Under the pieces are notes generated by a model that was not told the DNA's origin, ran no database searches, and saw only the letters and a program-made list of their open reading frames with translations. Of a DNA stretch of 64,000 bases, positions 1 to 10,201 are shown one piece after another. The stretch comes from an uncultured Gemmatimonadales bacterium (GTDB lineage: Bacteria > Gemmatimonadota > Gemmatimonadetes > Longimicrobiales > RSA9). The stretch covers positions 288,001-352,000 of the forward strand of contig CAWFKH010000001.1 in NCBI GenBank assembly GCA_963816355.1. Direction: 5' to 3'. The position numbers and the translations under genes are program-made. Each line of letters begins with the position of its first letter. Within the stretch, counting starts at the first letter, position 1.

Positions 1-675
1 CTGGCGCGCGATCACCTCGACGGCGCCGCAGGAGAGCGCGGGCGCGTCGAAGTCCGGCGAAGCGAACTCCTCGACGAACGCGACGCGGCTCCCCTCGTCG
101 GCGACGATCAGCGTGCGGGGGAAGACGGCGATGCCGTCACCGCTCAACCAGCGCACGATGCGGATCGGCCGATCGAGGTGGACGCCCGGCGGCACGTAGA
201 GGAGCACGCCGGCGCTCCAGAGGGCGCCGTTCAGAGCGGCGAACTTGCCGGCCTCCGGCGGCACCGCCGTGCCGAGCGTGCTCTCGACGAGGTCGGCGTG
301 CTCGGTGGCGGCGGCGGCGAGGTCGGCGAGCACGACGCCCTGCGCGGCGACGTCGCCCTCGAGCTCGAGCTCGACGATGCGCGCGTCGACCTGGTAGACG
401 CGGCCGGCGACGCTCTTGCCGTCGAGCGCGGCGCGTGCCTGCGGCGGCAGCGCGGGGACGATGTCGACGTCCGCGGGTCGCACGGCGTCGAGGGCGAGGC
501 GAGCGACGTCCGTGTAGCGCCACTCCTCGAGCGCGGTCGTGGGCAGCGGCGTGTCCTGGTAGACCTGCCACGCGTGGAGGCGCCGCTCGCGCAGCCAGGC
601 TGGGCCCGAGGCGCCGAGCGCCTCGACCGCCTCGCGCTCGATCCCCTCCATGAACGTCGGAGAGACGCTAGCCAA
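1..675 (-). CDS. sufD: Fe-S cluster assembly protein SufD (5' part; runs off the window)
   Basis: Manual translation from a TTG at 675, overlapping the sufB stop: [56 protein letters not shown]...[19 protein letters not shown]. The EEWRYT motif and position after sufB fit SufD. Not in the ORF track because it has no stop in the window. Confidence 0.88.
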   Translation of the reverse strand, partial: MASVSPTFMEGIEREAVEALGASGPAWLRERRLHAWQVYQDTPLPTTALEEWRYTDVARLALDAVRPADVDIVPALPPQARAALDGKSVAGRVYQVDARIVELELEGDVAAQGVVLADLAAAATEHADLVESTLGTAVPPEAGKFAALNGALWSAGVLLYVPPGVHLDRPIRIVRWLSGDGIAVFPRTLIVADEGSRVAFVEEFASPDFDAPALSCGAVEVIARQ

Positions 676-2083
676 CGCTGCCCTCCATCTCGAGCTCGAT
701 GAGGCGGTTCAGCTCGACCGCGTACTCGAGCGGGAGCTGCTTCGCGATCGGCTCGATGAAGCCGCGCACGATCATGGCCGCCGCCTGCTCTTCGGACAGC
801 CCGCGGCTCATCAGGTAGAAGAGCTGCTCCTCGCCGATGCGGGACACGGACGCCTCGTGGCCGACGCTGGCGCTGCGCTCCTCGATCTCGATGTAGGGGA
901 AGGTGTCGGTGCGCGACGTGTCCGCCAGCAGCAGCGCGTCGCACTCCACGTTGGAGCGCGCCGAGACCGCGCCCTCGTACACCTTGCAGAGCCCCCGATA
1001 GGAGGCGCGGCCGGTCCCCTTCGAGATCGACTTGGAGATGATCTGCGAGGTCGTGTGCGGCGCCGCGTGCACCACCTTGCCCCCGGTGTCCTGGTGCTGG
1101 CCATCGCCCGCGTAGGCGATCGACAGGATCTCGCCGTGCGCGCCCTCGCCCACCAGGTAGCACGAGGGGTACTTCATCGTCAGCTTCGAGCCGAGATTGC
1201 CGTCGAGCCACTCCATGTGGCCGCCCTCGTGCACCATCGCCCGCTGCGTGACGAGGTTGTACATGTTGTTCGACCAGTTCTGGATCGTCACGTAGCGGAA
1301 GCGCGCGTTCGGCTTCACGATGATCTCGATGACGCCGGAGTGGAACGACTCGGTCGAATAGACCGGCGCCGTACACCCTTCGATGTACTGCGCGTTCGCG
1401 CCCTCCTCCACGATGATCAGCGTGCGCTCGAACTGCCCCATCCGCTCGGCGTTGACGCGGAAGTACGCCTGCAGCGGCGTGTCGACCTTGACGCCGGCCG
1501 GGATGTAGACGAACGATCCGCCCGACCACACCGCCGAGTTCAACGCGGCGAACTTGTTGTCGGCCGGCGGGATCACGGTCGCGAAATGCTCGCGGAAGAG
1601 CTCCGGATACTTGCGGAGGCCGTCCTCGATCGACTCGAAGATGATCCCCTTGTCCTCCCACTCCTTCTTCAGCGAGTGGTAGACCATCTCGGACTCGTAC
1701 TGCGCGCCCACGCCCGCCAGCACCTTCCGCTCCGCCTCCGGGATGCCGAGCTTCTCGAAGGTGTCCTTGATCTCCTGCGGCACGTCGTCCCAGGAACGAC
1801 CCATCCGCTCCTGCGGCCGGATGTAGTAGTAGATCTCGTCGAGCACGGCACCGAGCCGCGACAGATCGCCGCCCCACGTCGGCATCGGCTTCGCCCGGAA
1901 GATCTCCAGCGCCCGCAGCCGGAAGTCCAGCATCCACTCCGGCTCACCCTTGTTCTCCGAGATCTGCCGGACGATCGCCTCGTTCAGTCCCTTCTGCGCC
2001 TTGAAGACCGGCCGGTCCTGCGTCACAAAGCCGTACTTGTACTCCTCCAGGCCCAGATTCGATACGGTCTCGTTGTATGGCAT
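668..2083 (-). CDS. sufB: Fe-S cluster assembly protein SufB
   Basis: Motifs [39 protein letters not shown] and [13 protein letters not shown]. Confidence 0.97.
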   Translation of the reverse strand: MPYNETVSNLGLEEYKYGFVTQDRPVFKAQKGLNEAIVRQISENKGEPEWMLDFRLRALEIFRAKPMPTWGGDLSRLGAVLDEIYYYIRPQERMGRSWDDVPQEIKDTFEKLGIPEAERKVLAGVGAQYESEMVYHSLKKEWEDKGIIFESIEDGLRKYPELFREHFATVIPPADNKFAALNSAVWSGGSFVYIPAGVKVDTPLQAYFRVNAERMGQFERTLIIVEEGANAQYIEGCTAPVYSTESFHSGVIEIIVKPNARFRYVTIQNWSNNMYNLVTQRAMVHEGGHMEWLDGNLGSKLTMKYPSCYLVGEGAHGEILSIAYAGDGQHQDTGGKVVHAAPHTTSQIISKSISKGTGRASYRGLCKVYEGAVSARSNVECDALLLADTSRTDTFPYIEIEERSASVGHEASVSRIGEEQLFYLMSRGLSEEQAAAMIVRGFIEPIAKQLPLEYAVELNRLIELEMEGSVG

Positions 2084-2092
2084 CGCTTCTCC

Positions 2093-2872
2093 TCAGCTCG
2101 TCGGAGCAGGCTCCGGCTCGTCCTTCCACATCTCGTACCCGTGCTCCTCCAGCTCTTCCGCAATCTCAAGCCCGCCGGATCGAACGATCCGACCGCCCGC
2201 CATCACGTGCACGTGGTCGGGATGGATGTAGTTCAGCAGCCGCTGATAGTGCGTGATCAGCAGCACGGTCATCTCCGGCTTCTCCTCCTTCAGCCGGTTC
2301 ACACCGCTCGCGACCACCCTCAACGCATCGATGTCCAGACCCGAATCCGTCTCGTCCAACACCGCCAGCACCGGCTCCAGCATCGCCATCTGCAAGATCT
2401 CGTTGCGCTTCTTCTCGCCCCCGCTGAATCCCTCGTTCACGTTCCGCTCCGCGAACGAACGGTCCACCTCCAGCAGCGCCATCCGCTCCAGCAGCATGTC
2501 CTGGAAATCGAAGATGTCCAGCTCCGCGTCCCCCATCTTCGACTGCACCGCCGTGCGCAGGAAGTTCGCGATCGATACTCCGGGGATCTCCATCGGATAC
2601 TGGAACGCCAGGAACACGCCCGCCCGCGCCCGCTCGTCCGGCTCCATCTCCAACAGGTTCTCGCCCTGGAACTCCACCGCGCCGTCCGTCACCTCGTACG
2701 CGGGATGACCGCTCAACACCTTCGCCAGCGTGCTCTTGCCCGAGCCGTTCGGACCCATGATCGCGTGGATCTCCCCGGATGGCAGCTCGAGATCCACACC
2801 GCGCAGAATCTCCGCGCCGCTCTCCGCAACCACCGCGTGGAGGTTCGTGATCTTCAGCAACGGCTCGCTCAT
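2093..2872 (-). CDS. sufC: Fe-S cluster assembly ATPase SufC
   Basis: Walker [18 protein letters not shown], signature [22 protein letters not shown] and ITHYQRLL. Confidence 0.97.
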   Translation of the reverse strand: MSEPLLKITNLHAVVAESGAEILRGVDLELPSGEIHAIMGPNGSGKSTLAKVLSGHPAYEVTDGAVEFQGENLLEMEPDERARAGVFLAFQYPMEIPGVSIANFLRTAVQSKMGDAELDIFDFQDMLLERMALLEVDRSFAERNVNEGFSGGEKKRNEILQMAMLEPVLAVLDETDSGLDIDALRVVASGVNRLKEEKPEMTVLLITHYQRLLNYIHPDHVHVMAGGRIVRSGGLEIAEELEEHGYEMWKDEPEPAPTS

Positions 2873-2922
2873 GCGTGTCCCATCCTCCAGCGCGGCGCCG
2901 GCGCGGGGGCCGGGCCGTTTTC

Positions 2923-2941
2923 AAGAATGATTCTCGGTATC
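2923..2941 (-). promoter_or_regulatory. Fur-family-like operator upstream of sufC
   Basis: The minus strand reads GATACCGAGAATCATTCTT, 14/19 to the Fur box GATAATGATAATCATTATC, with core dyad GAGAAT-C-ATTCTT. It is an AT-rich island just downstream of the -10. Confidence 0.65.
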
Positions 2942-2947
2942 AAATGC

Positions 2948-2976
2948 AAGCTACCCGCCGCGCGGAAGGGTGTCAA
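2948..2976 (-). promoter_or_regulatory. sigma70-type promoter of the suf operon
   Basis: Minus strand TTGACA (2976-2971), 17 nt spacer, TAGCTT (2953-2948). Confidence 0.75.
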
Positions 2977-3096
2977 GTGGAGATCGGAGCGGGTGGCGAG
3001 GCGGGGTGGGAGGGGGGGGATGTGGCTCGTGGGGATGGGGGTGCGGTAGAATGGGCGAGAGGGGTGGAACCGGACGGACGACGGCGAGGAGCGGGC

Positions 3097-3942
3097 ATGC
3101 GAGTGGTCGTGGTGCTGGGCGGGGGCGGAGTGAAGGGGCTGGCGCACGTGGGTGCGTGGCGGGCGATCGCGGAGGCGGGGCTGGAGGTGGAGGCGGTGGT
3201 GGGGACGAGCATCGGCGCGCTGGTGGGGGCGGCGATCGCCGGGGGGATGGAGCAGGCGGAGCTGGAGCGGCGGGCGTTGGGGCTGACGAAGTCGGACATC
3301 GTGGGGCTGAACCGGTGGGCTCTGCTGCTGAACGGGATCCGGCAGCAGAGCGTCTTTCAGGAGGAGCCGTTCCGGGGCTACATCGAGTCGGTCCTGCCGG
3401 TGGGAAGCTTCGAGGAGCTGTCGCTGCCGCTGGAGGTGAACGCGACGGACCTGGAGTCGGGGCGCGAGGAGTGGTTCGGGGCGCGCGGTCGAGGGGACGT
3501 GCCGCTGGCGGAGGCGGTGTACGCGTCCGGTGCGCTGCCGCTGTTCTATCCTCCGGCGCGGATCGGGGACCGTTATTACGTGGACGGCGGGGTGGCGGAC
3601 TCGCTTCCGGTGACGCGGGCGGCGGAGCGGGGGCCGGAGGCGATCGTGGCGATCGACGTGGGTGCGGGCGGCACGAAGGACTCGATGGACACGGTGTCGA
3701 AGGGGATGGTGGCGATCCATCACCGGGTGTACGACGTGATGAACTACGAGCGGAAGCGTCGGCTGCTGGGGGGGTGGCGGGGGGTGCCGTTGCTGTACGT
3801 GCGTCCGCGGCTGGACCGGTATTCGACGTTCGACTTCGAGCACGCGGCGCAGTTCGTGGAGGAGGGGTACCGGGAGACGGTCTCGGCGCTGGCGGAGCGG
3901 CCGACGCGGTCGTCGTCGGCGGTGCCGGCGTCGTGGGGGTAG
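3097..3942 (+). CDS. Patatin-like phospholipase
   Basis: VLGGGGVKGLAHVG oxyanion loop, GTSIG nucleophile elbow and DGG motif. ATG at 3097 follows AGGAG. Confidence 0.92.
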   Translation: MRVVVVLGGGGVKGLAHVGAWRAIAEAGLEVEAVVGTSIGALVGAAIAGGMEQAELERRALGLTKSDIVGLNRWALLLNGIRQQSVFQEEPFRGYIESVLPVGSFEELSLPLEVNATDLESGREEWFGARGRGDVPLAEAVYASGALPLFYPPARIGDRYYVDGGVADSLPVTRAAERGPEAIVAIDVGAGGTKDSMDTVSKGMVAIHHRVYDVMNYERKRRLLGGWRGVPLLYVRPRLDRYSTFDFEHAAQFVEEGYRETVSALAERPTRSSSAVPASWG

Positions 3943-3958
3943 GCGGTGGTGGCGGCTC

Positions 3959-5650
3959 TCAGTCCGTTCCCGCTTGCCGCGCGATCGCCGTGACGACGCG
4001 ATCGATCGCCTCTCGCACGCGATAGGCGGGCAAGCCGGACCCGTTGGCGAGGATGCTGAAGACGATTTCGCGGTCGTCGCGGAGGAGGAAGCCGCTGAGC
4101 GCCGCGACGTTGGTGAGGGTGCCGGTCTTCGCGAAGAGGCTGCAGCGGAGCGGGAGGAGGCGGTGCTGCAGGGTGGAAAGGGACTCCGCGGGTGAGGCGA
4201 GGGCCTGCAGGTAGCGCTGTCCCCACGGTTGGAGCCGAACGTAGGTGAGCAGGCGCACGAGCGCTTCCGGGGTGACGAGGTTCTGGGTGGAGAGGCCGGA
4301 GCCGTCGTGGAGGTCGATGGCGAGCGAGTCGATGCCGACGTCGCCGGTGAGGAATGTGCGCATCACGCCGAGTCCACCGACCCAGCTTCCCTGTCCGGCC
4401 CGCTCGGCGCCGAGGGTCTTGAGGAGCTGCTCGGCCATCCAGTCCTGGCTGGGGCCGAGGAGTCCTTCCACGATGCTGTCGAGAGGAGGCGAGTGCCAGC
4501 GCGCGAGGACGCGCTCGCCGGGAGCGGCGAGGCGGGCGGCTTCGCGGCGGGAGCGCGCGACGCGAACGCCGCGCGGCACGGCGATGCCGCGGCGCTGGAG
4601 GGCCGCCGCGAGCGCGCGGCCCGCGTAGGCGGCGGGGTCGAGGACGGCGATGCGCTCGAAGGCGACGGCGGCGCCGACGTCGATGTCGCCGGTGAAGAGG
4701 AGCGTGTCGCCGGGCAGGCGCGTCACGCGCCACGCGCCGCTCCCCGCGCCGACGCGGGTGTGGAGCCGATTGACGATGGTGGCGACCGGCTCGGCGGCGG
4801 CGAAGCGGACGCGCGCGGGAGAGCCGGGGGCGGGTCCCGGCGCGATGGAGATGGGGATGGCGGCCTCGGACACGGCGAAGGCGCTGGCGGGGGCCGCGTA
4901 GTACCAGTCGAGGTCGCCGACCTCCCACGAGGGACGCACGGCCGCGCTGTCGAAGTAGGACGCATCGATCACGAGCGCGTCGCGCGCCCCCCGGATTCCC
5001 GCGGCGTAGAGCGAGTCCGCGATGGCGTCGAGGGGGGCGAGGCCATCGGCGTGGAATCGTGCCGAGAGCGTGGGGTCGCCGCTGCCGTGGACGACGAGGA
5101 AGTCCGGCACCGTGTCGCTTCCGCCGACGGCGGCGATGGCGGTGGCGTAGCGGAAGCCGGGGCCGAGGACGCCGATCGCGGCGGTGGTCGTGAGGAGCTT
5201 CTCGTTCGACGCCGGTATGAAGTGCTTGCGGGCGTCGATGTCGACCAGGATCGTGCCGGCCACTGGATCGTAGACCTGGATGCCCCACTGGGTGCGGTCG
5301 AGAGGTGGCGCGTCGACGATCTCGCGGATCGCGCGCTTCAGCGCCGCGGCGGAGATGCTGGAGAGCGGGCTTTCGCGCGTGGGCGCGTGGAAGCGCGGGA
5401 CGGCGCAGGCGGCGGGCGCCGGCTCGGCCGCTTCCGGGGTGGCGGCGGTGTCCGTGGGCACGCCGGCGGGCGCGGCGATCGTGTCGGCGGCCGGCGGCGC
5501 GGGGGTGGCCGTCGTGTCCGGCAAAGTCGCCGGCGAGGGGCCGGGCGCCGGCGTGGCCGGTGCGGGGGTGCAGCCGAGAACGGCTGCGAGCGCCGCGGCG
5601 AAGACAGCGGGGCGCTGGGTGGGGGCGCGGAGCGCGGCGTGGGCGGGCAT
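3959..5650 (-). CDS. dacB: D-alanyl-D-alanine carboxypeptidase/endopeptidase (PBP4, S13), probable lipoprotein
   Basis: Signal peptide and lipobox VLGC, PASNEKL (SxxK), GSGDPTL, DGSGLS and KTGT. The SxN motif appears as SQD. Confidence 0.9.
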   Translation of the reverse strand: MPAHAALRAPTQRPAVFAAALAAVLGCTPAPATPAPGPSPATLPDTTATPAPPAADTIAAPAGVPTDTAATPEAAEPAPAACAVPRFHAPTRESPLSSISAAALKRAIREIVDAPPLDRTQWGIQVYDPVAGTILVDIDARKHFIPASNEKLLTTTAAIGVLGPGFRYATAIAAVGGSDTVPDFLVVHGSGDPTLSARFHADGLAPLDAIADSLYAAGIRGARDALVIDASYFDSAAVRPSWEVGDLDWYYAAPASAFAVSEAAIPISIAPGPAPGSPARVRFAAAEPVATIVNRLHTRVGAGSGAWRVTRLPGDTLLFTGDIDVGAAVAFERIAVLDPAAYAGRALAAALQRRGIAVPRGVRVARSRREAARLAAPGERVLARWHSPPLDSIVEGLLGPSQDWMAEQLLKTLGAERAGQGSWVGGLGVMRTFLTGDVGIDSLAIDLHDGSGLSTQNLVTPEALVRLLTYVRLQPWGQRYLQALASPAESLSTLQHRLLPLRCSLFAKTGTLTNVAALSGFLLRDDREIVFSILANGSGLPAYRVREAIDRVVTAIARQAGTD

Positions 5651-5764
5651 ATGGTCCCGAAACGGTTCACGTGGCCCGGCCGTGGTCGGCGCGGGAGCGG
5701 TCCTTCCCGAAGAGGCTGCGGCGGACGTTGGACGGCGGCGCAGCGCGCGCGTAGCTTCGACCGC

Positions 5765-7240
5765 ATGAGCGACGCGAAAACGGACGATCCCGGCCGCCTG
5801 CTCGATCCGGGCCAGCGCGGCGTCGGCGACATGGACCCGGATTCGTTCCGCCGCCACGGCCATGCGGTGATCGACTGGATCGCGGACTACTTGGCCGGCG
5901 TCGGCGGGCTGCCGGTACTGGCGCCGGTGGAACCCGGCGACGTGAAGGCGTCGTTGCCGGTCGCGCCGCCGGAGTCGCCGGAGCCGATGCAGTTGATCCT
6001 GAGCGATTTCCAGCGCCTCATAGTACCGGCGACGACGCACTGGAACCACCCCGCCTTCCACGGCTACTTCGCGATCACGGGCTCCGGCCCGGGGATTCTG
6101 GGGGAAGCACTGTCGGCCGCGCTCAACGTGAACGCGATGTTGTGGCGGACCGGCCCGGCGGCGACGGAGCTCGAGGAGGTGACGCTCGACTGGCTGCGCC
6201 AGATGGTGGGGCTGCCGGAGGCGTTCGAGGGGGTGATCCACGACACTGCGTCGTCGAGCACGTTCTACGCGCTCGCCGCGGCGCGGGAGCTCGCGCCGGA
6301 GCTGCGGTTGCGCGAGGGAGGTCTGGCGGGGAGGCCGGAAGTGCCGCGGCTGCGCGTCTACTGCTCCGAGGAGGCGCACTCGAGCGTGGACAAGGCGGCG
6401 ATCGCGCTCGGGCTCGGCATCGACGGCGTACGCCGCATCGAGACGGACGCGGAGCTGCGCATGGATGCGGCCGCGCTCGATCGTGCGGTGGCGGAGGATC
6501 GCGCGCTCGGGGTGCGTCCGCTCGCCGTCGTCGCCACGGTAGGCACGACGTCGACGACGGCGGTCGACCCGGTCGCGGCGATCGCCGCGATCTGTGAGCG
6601 GGAAGGGTTGTGGCTCCACGTCGACGCATCCTACGGCGGCGCGGCGGCGGTCCTGCCGGAGAAGCGGTGGGTGCTGGAAGGCTGCGAGCGGGCGGATTCG
6701 ATCGTGATGAATCCGCACAAGTGGCTCTTCGTGCCGATCGACTGCTCGGCGCTCTACACGCGGCGGCCGGATCTGCTGCGGGCCGCCTTCAGCCTGGTGC
6801 CGGAGTATTTGAAGGCGCCGGAGACGGACGTCCGCAACCTGATGGACTACGGTCTGGCGATGGGGCGCCGCTTCCGGGCGCTGAAGCTGTGGTTCGTGTT
6901 GCGCTACTTCGGCGTGGCGGGGGTGCGCGCCCGGCTGCGCGAGCACATCCGGCTGGCGGCCGACTTCGCGCGATGGGTGGAGAGCGAGCCGGGGTGGGAG
7001 CGCCTGGTGCCGGCGCCGTTCTCGGTCGTCGTCTTCCGCCGCCATCCTACCGGTGCGACGGAGGCGGAGATCGAGCGCACGAACGAGCTGCTGCTCGATC
7101 GCATCAACCGGGGCGGCGAGGCGTTCCTTTCGCACACACGCGTGCGAGGCCGGTACGCACTGCGTTTCGCGGTGGGGAACCTGCGCACGACGGCGGCCGA
7201 AGTGGAGGCGGTGCAGGCGCTTCTGCGCGCGCACGGCTGA
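5765..7240 (+). CDS. Group II PLP-dependent decarboxylase (aromatic L-amino acid decarboxylase-like)
   Basis: THWNHPAFHGYF, PAATELE, AHSSVDKA, WLHVDASYGG, NPHKW (PLP Lys) and GRRFRALKLWF. Confidence 0.92.
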   Translation: MSDAKTDDPGRLLDPGQRGVGDMDPDSFRRHGHAVIDWIADYLAGVGGLPVLAPVEPGDVKASLPVAPPESPEPMQLILSDFQRLIVPATTHWNHPAFHGYFAITGSGPGILGEALSAALNVNAMLWRTGPAATELEEVTLDWLRQMVGLPEAFEGVIHDTASSSTFYALAAARELAPELRLREGGLAGRPEVPRLRVYCSEEAHSSVDKAAIALGLGIDGVRRIETDAELRMDAAALDRAVAEDRALGVRPLAVVATVGTTSTTAVDPVAAIAAICEREGLWLHVDASYGGAAAVLPEKRWVLEGCERADSIVMNPHKWLFVPIDCSALYTRRPDLLRAAFSLVPEYLKAPETDVRNLMDYGLAMGRRFRALKLWFVLRYFGVAGVRARLREHIRLAADFARWVESEPGWERLVPAPFSVVVFRRHPTGATEAEIERTNELLLDRINRGGEAFLSHTRVRGRYALRFAVGNLRTTAAEVEAVQALLRAHG

Positions 7241-7379
7241 AGGCGGCGCCGGCTGCCTGGCCGCGCGGCGGAAAAGAACAACCTTGCCTCCGACCGCGGG
7301 AGCGGAGCATATTCCGCATACCCTCCCCGCACGGTTTCGAGTGCACCCGCGATCTCACCCGACAGATCCGGACTCTTCT

Positions 7380-9374
7380 GTGGTGTCGACAGAATCATCG
7401 ACCGCGCTAGCGGCGACAGCCATTCTCGTGGGGAATCAGCGGCGCAGGCGCCGCGTTTCGCTGACGTTGATCCTGCTCGCGCTGGCGGCGGCGACGTCGT
7501 TCTACCTGCTCACGCCGGAGGGCCGCCTGCGCGCCGCGGGGGGCTACCTTCTGCTCGGGGGTTCCCCGATCGCGGCGGCCGCGGCGGCGCTGTTCGCGGC
7601 GCGGCGGTGCGACGAGAGCCTGCGCTCGGCCTGGCTCGTGTTCGCGCTCGCGAGCCTGAGCGTGGCGAGCGCGGAGATCCTGATCCTGCTGCAGGCGATC
7701 GGGTTGCGGCTGCCGATCGCGTCGGAGACGGCGCTCGCGCCGTTCCTCCTCTTCCATCCACTCTTCTGGGTCGCCGCGATCCGCGCGCGGGCACACCCGG
7801 CCGACAGCGAGGCGCTGACCGACATCAGCCTGGACGCGGCGCTCATCCTCGGCTGCGCGGCGATCGTGATGCTGCGCTTCGTGTGGGAGCCGGCGGGGCC
7901 GGTGAATCTCGGCTCGAACCCGCTGTTCCTGCCGATGCTGGGCATGCAGATGGGAGCGCTGGGCTCCCTCTTCTTCGCCGGGATGCTGATGTTGTGGCAG
8001 GACACGGCGCTGCCGCAGCGCTCCGCCGCCGCGTTCGTCGCCGCGGCGGCGGTGTTCGCGGTGGGCGGCATTCTGGTCACGAAGGGCTACGACCCGGATC
8101 CGCTGATGCCGGGGGACCGCGTCGATCTCGTCTGGATCGTCGGGTGGGCGCTGATGATCTACGCAGCCATCGAGGGGGCGGGACCGCCGCTCGGGGACCG
8201 CGAGGTGCACGCCGGCCACCTGGCGGAGAGGCTGCCGGGAACGATCGTGCCCGCGGCCGCGCTGCTGCTCGCGCTGATGGCGGTGGACGCGCTGCGGCGG
8301 CCGCTGCATGCGGCCACCGTCTTCGCGCTGGCGGGGACCGGCTGGCTGCTCGCGCTGCGCACGCGCAGGGCGCTGAGCAGCGCTCGCGAGCGGCGCGACG
8401 AGCGACGTCGCCTGGCGCACACGCGCGCGCTCGTCGAGGTGAGCCGCAACCTCGCCTGCGTCACCGACGTGGACGAGACGCTGCATCTGGTGGGAGAGTG
8501 GGCGTGCCGGCTGCTGAACGCGCCGTCGGCGGGGATCGAGCTGGTGACGCCGGATGGGCGCATGCTCGAGATGCGCGCGGTCTCGAACCTGCCGCAGACC
8601 GCGATCGGAATGCGCTTCCCGGTCGAGGACAGCTACACTGGTCGCGTGGTGCGAAGCGGGCTGCCGGAGGCGACGGCGGACGCCTCGTCGGATCCGGACA
8701 TCCACGAGGCGAGCATCCGGCTGGTCGGACATTCGACGGTGGCGGCGGTGCCGCTGCGCTTCCGGGACCGCATCCTGGGCGTGCTCTTCGCGTGCCGACG
8801 GCCGCGGCCGTTCACGGAATCGGACCTCGAGGTGCTGCAGGCGCTGGCCGACCAGGCCGCGACGGCGATCGAGAACGCGCGTCTCTTCGACCAGGTCCGG
8901 ACGCTGTCGCTCACCGACCCGCTCACGGGGCTGGCGAACCGCCGCCAGCTCGAGCGCGACATGGAGCGGGAGTTCGCGGCGGCGCAGCGGGGCCGCAAGC
9001 TGACGGTCGTCCTCTTCGACCTCGACAACTTCAAGACGTACAACGACACCCGCGGCCACATCGCGGGAGACCAGCTACTGCGCCTGTTCGGCACCGTCCT
9101 CGGCACCGCCACGCGCGCGATGAACCTCGCGGCGCGCTACGGCGGGGACGAGTTCGTCGCGGTGCTCGCGGACTGCGACGCGGCCGGGGCCGAGATCTTC
9201 GTGAGCCGCCTGCGGCGCCGCTTCCAGCAGGCGACGGCGGCGGCGCAGGCGGGCGACGTCACGCTCAGCGCGGGGATCGCGGAGTACGAAGCGTCGATCC
9301 ACTCCGTGGAGGAGCTGGTCCTGCGCGCGGACGAAGCGCTCTACGCCGAGAAGTTTCAGCGTACCGCCTCCTGA
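7380..9374 (+). CDS. Membrane sensor diguanylate cyclase (multi-TM, GAF, GGDEF)
   Basis: Many hydrophobic helices, a GAF domain (AAVPL...LADQAATAIENARL), then TDPLTGLANRR, FDLDNFK.YND..GH and ARYGGDEF. The start codon is uncertain. Confidence 0.9.
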   Translation: MVSTESSTALAATAILVGNQRRRRRVSLTLILLALAAATSFYLLTPEGRLRAAGGYLLLGGSPIAAAAAALFAARRCDESLRSAWLVFALASLSVASAEILILLQAIGLRLPIASETALAPFLLFHPLFWVAAIRARAHPADSEALTDISLDAALILGCAAIVMLRFVWEPAGPVNLGSNPLFLPMLGMQMGALGSLFFAGMLMLWQDTALPQRSAAAFVAAAAVFAVGGILVTKGYDPDPLMPGDRVDLVWIVGWALMIYAAIEGAGPPLGDREVHAGHLAERLPGTIVPAAALLLALMAVDALRRPLHAATVFALAGTGWLLALRTRRALSSARERRDERRRLAHTRALVEVSRNLACVTDVDETLHLVGEWACRLLNAPSAGIELVTPDGRMLEMRAVSNLPQTAIGMRFPVEDSYTGRVVRSGLPEATADASSDPDIHEASIRLVGHSTVAAVPLRFRDRILGVLFACRRPRPFTESDLEVLQALADQAATAIENARLFDQVRTLSLTDPLTGLANRRQLERDMEREFAAAQRGRKLTVVLFDLDNFKTYNDTRGHIAGDQLLRLFGTVLGTATRAMNLAARYGGDEFVAVLADCDAAGAEIFVSRLRRRFQQATAAAQAGDVTLSAGIAEYEASIHSVEELVLRADEALYAEKFQRTAS

Positions 9375-10201
9375 TCCGGGCGGCGCCGCAGCACGTAGTT
9401 CCCCACATCTCCTCCGCGCACGAAGTCGACGGCGCGGAACCCTCTTTCGAAGGCCGATTCGAACGCCGCGCGCGTGACGGCGCGCCATTCCCGTGCGAGG
9501 CCGGCGTCGTCCGCCTTGAGCCGCTGAATCGCCGCTGGCACGGCCAGCCGTAGGGTGCGTCCCTCCGCATCGTGGGCGAGGGGCTCAGGCCAGCGCGTCC
9601 GGGTTCGCGAGGACACGAGGGCGGGGAGTCGCGAGGAGCGCTCGGCGCGCCGGCGGTCCTCGGCGGCGGAAGCGCCTGCGAGTCGACGTCGCACGCGGCG
9701 GCTCGCGATCGGCCAATCGGCGAGGAGGCGGTCGGTGCCGAGCCCGGCGTGGAGCGGCGAGTCGGTGTCGCCGTAGTGGTCGCGGAGGTACTCGCCGCAG
9801 ACGGCGCCGAGGCGGGCGAGATTGAGGTACGCGTTGCGGGCCTCGAGCGGATCGAAGGTCCAGAGCACGTGCCGAACGCCGAGCGCGAGCTGCCTATCAC
9901 GCTGGAAGCGCTTGAGCCGCTCGCCGATGCGGCGGTCGCGGCGATCGGTGCGCACGGCCAGGATGTCCGACCAGTGGAGCGGGCGTCCGCGGCTGAAGCC
10001 GCCGATGCCGATCACGGTGCCGACGAGGGCGTCGCCTTCGAACGCGCCGGCGACGAGGCCGCCGGTGCGCGGCAGCGTGCGGAGCAGGGAGAGGGGCACG
10101 ATCTCGGTGCACTCCGCTCCCCAGGTGTGCCGCTGCAGCTCGACGCACGCGCGCAGCTCTTCGATCGTGCGGAGCTCGCGGATCTCGATCGTTTCCGTCA
10201 C
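9356..10201 (-). CDS. GNAT-family N-acyltransferase (type found with N-succinylamino acid racemase loci)
   Basis: WTFDPLEARNAYLNL..LGA...EY..DHYG and GLGTDRL are typical of this predicted acetyl/succinyltransferase family. Confidence 0.8.
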   Translation of the reverse strand: MTETIEIRELRTIEELRACVELQRHTWGAECTEIVPLSLLRTLPRTGGLVAGAFEGDALVGTVIGIGGFSRGRPLHWSDILAVRTDRRDRRIGERLKRFQRDRQLALGVRHVLWTFDPLEARNAYLNLARLGAVCGEYLRDHYGDTDSPLHAGLGTDRLLADWPIASRRVRRRLAGASAAEDRRRAERSSRLPALVSSRTRTRWPEPLAHDAEGRTLRLAVPAAIQRLKADDAGLAREWRAVTRAAFESAFERGFRAVDFVRGGDVGNYVLRRRPDQEAVR

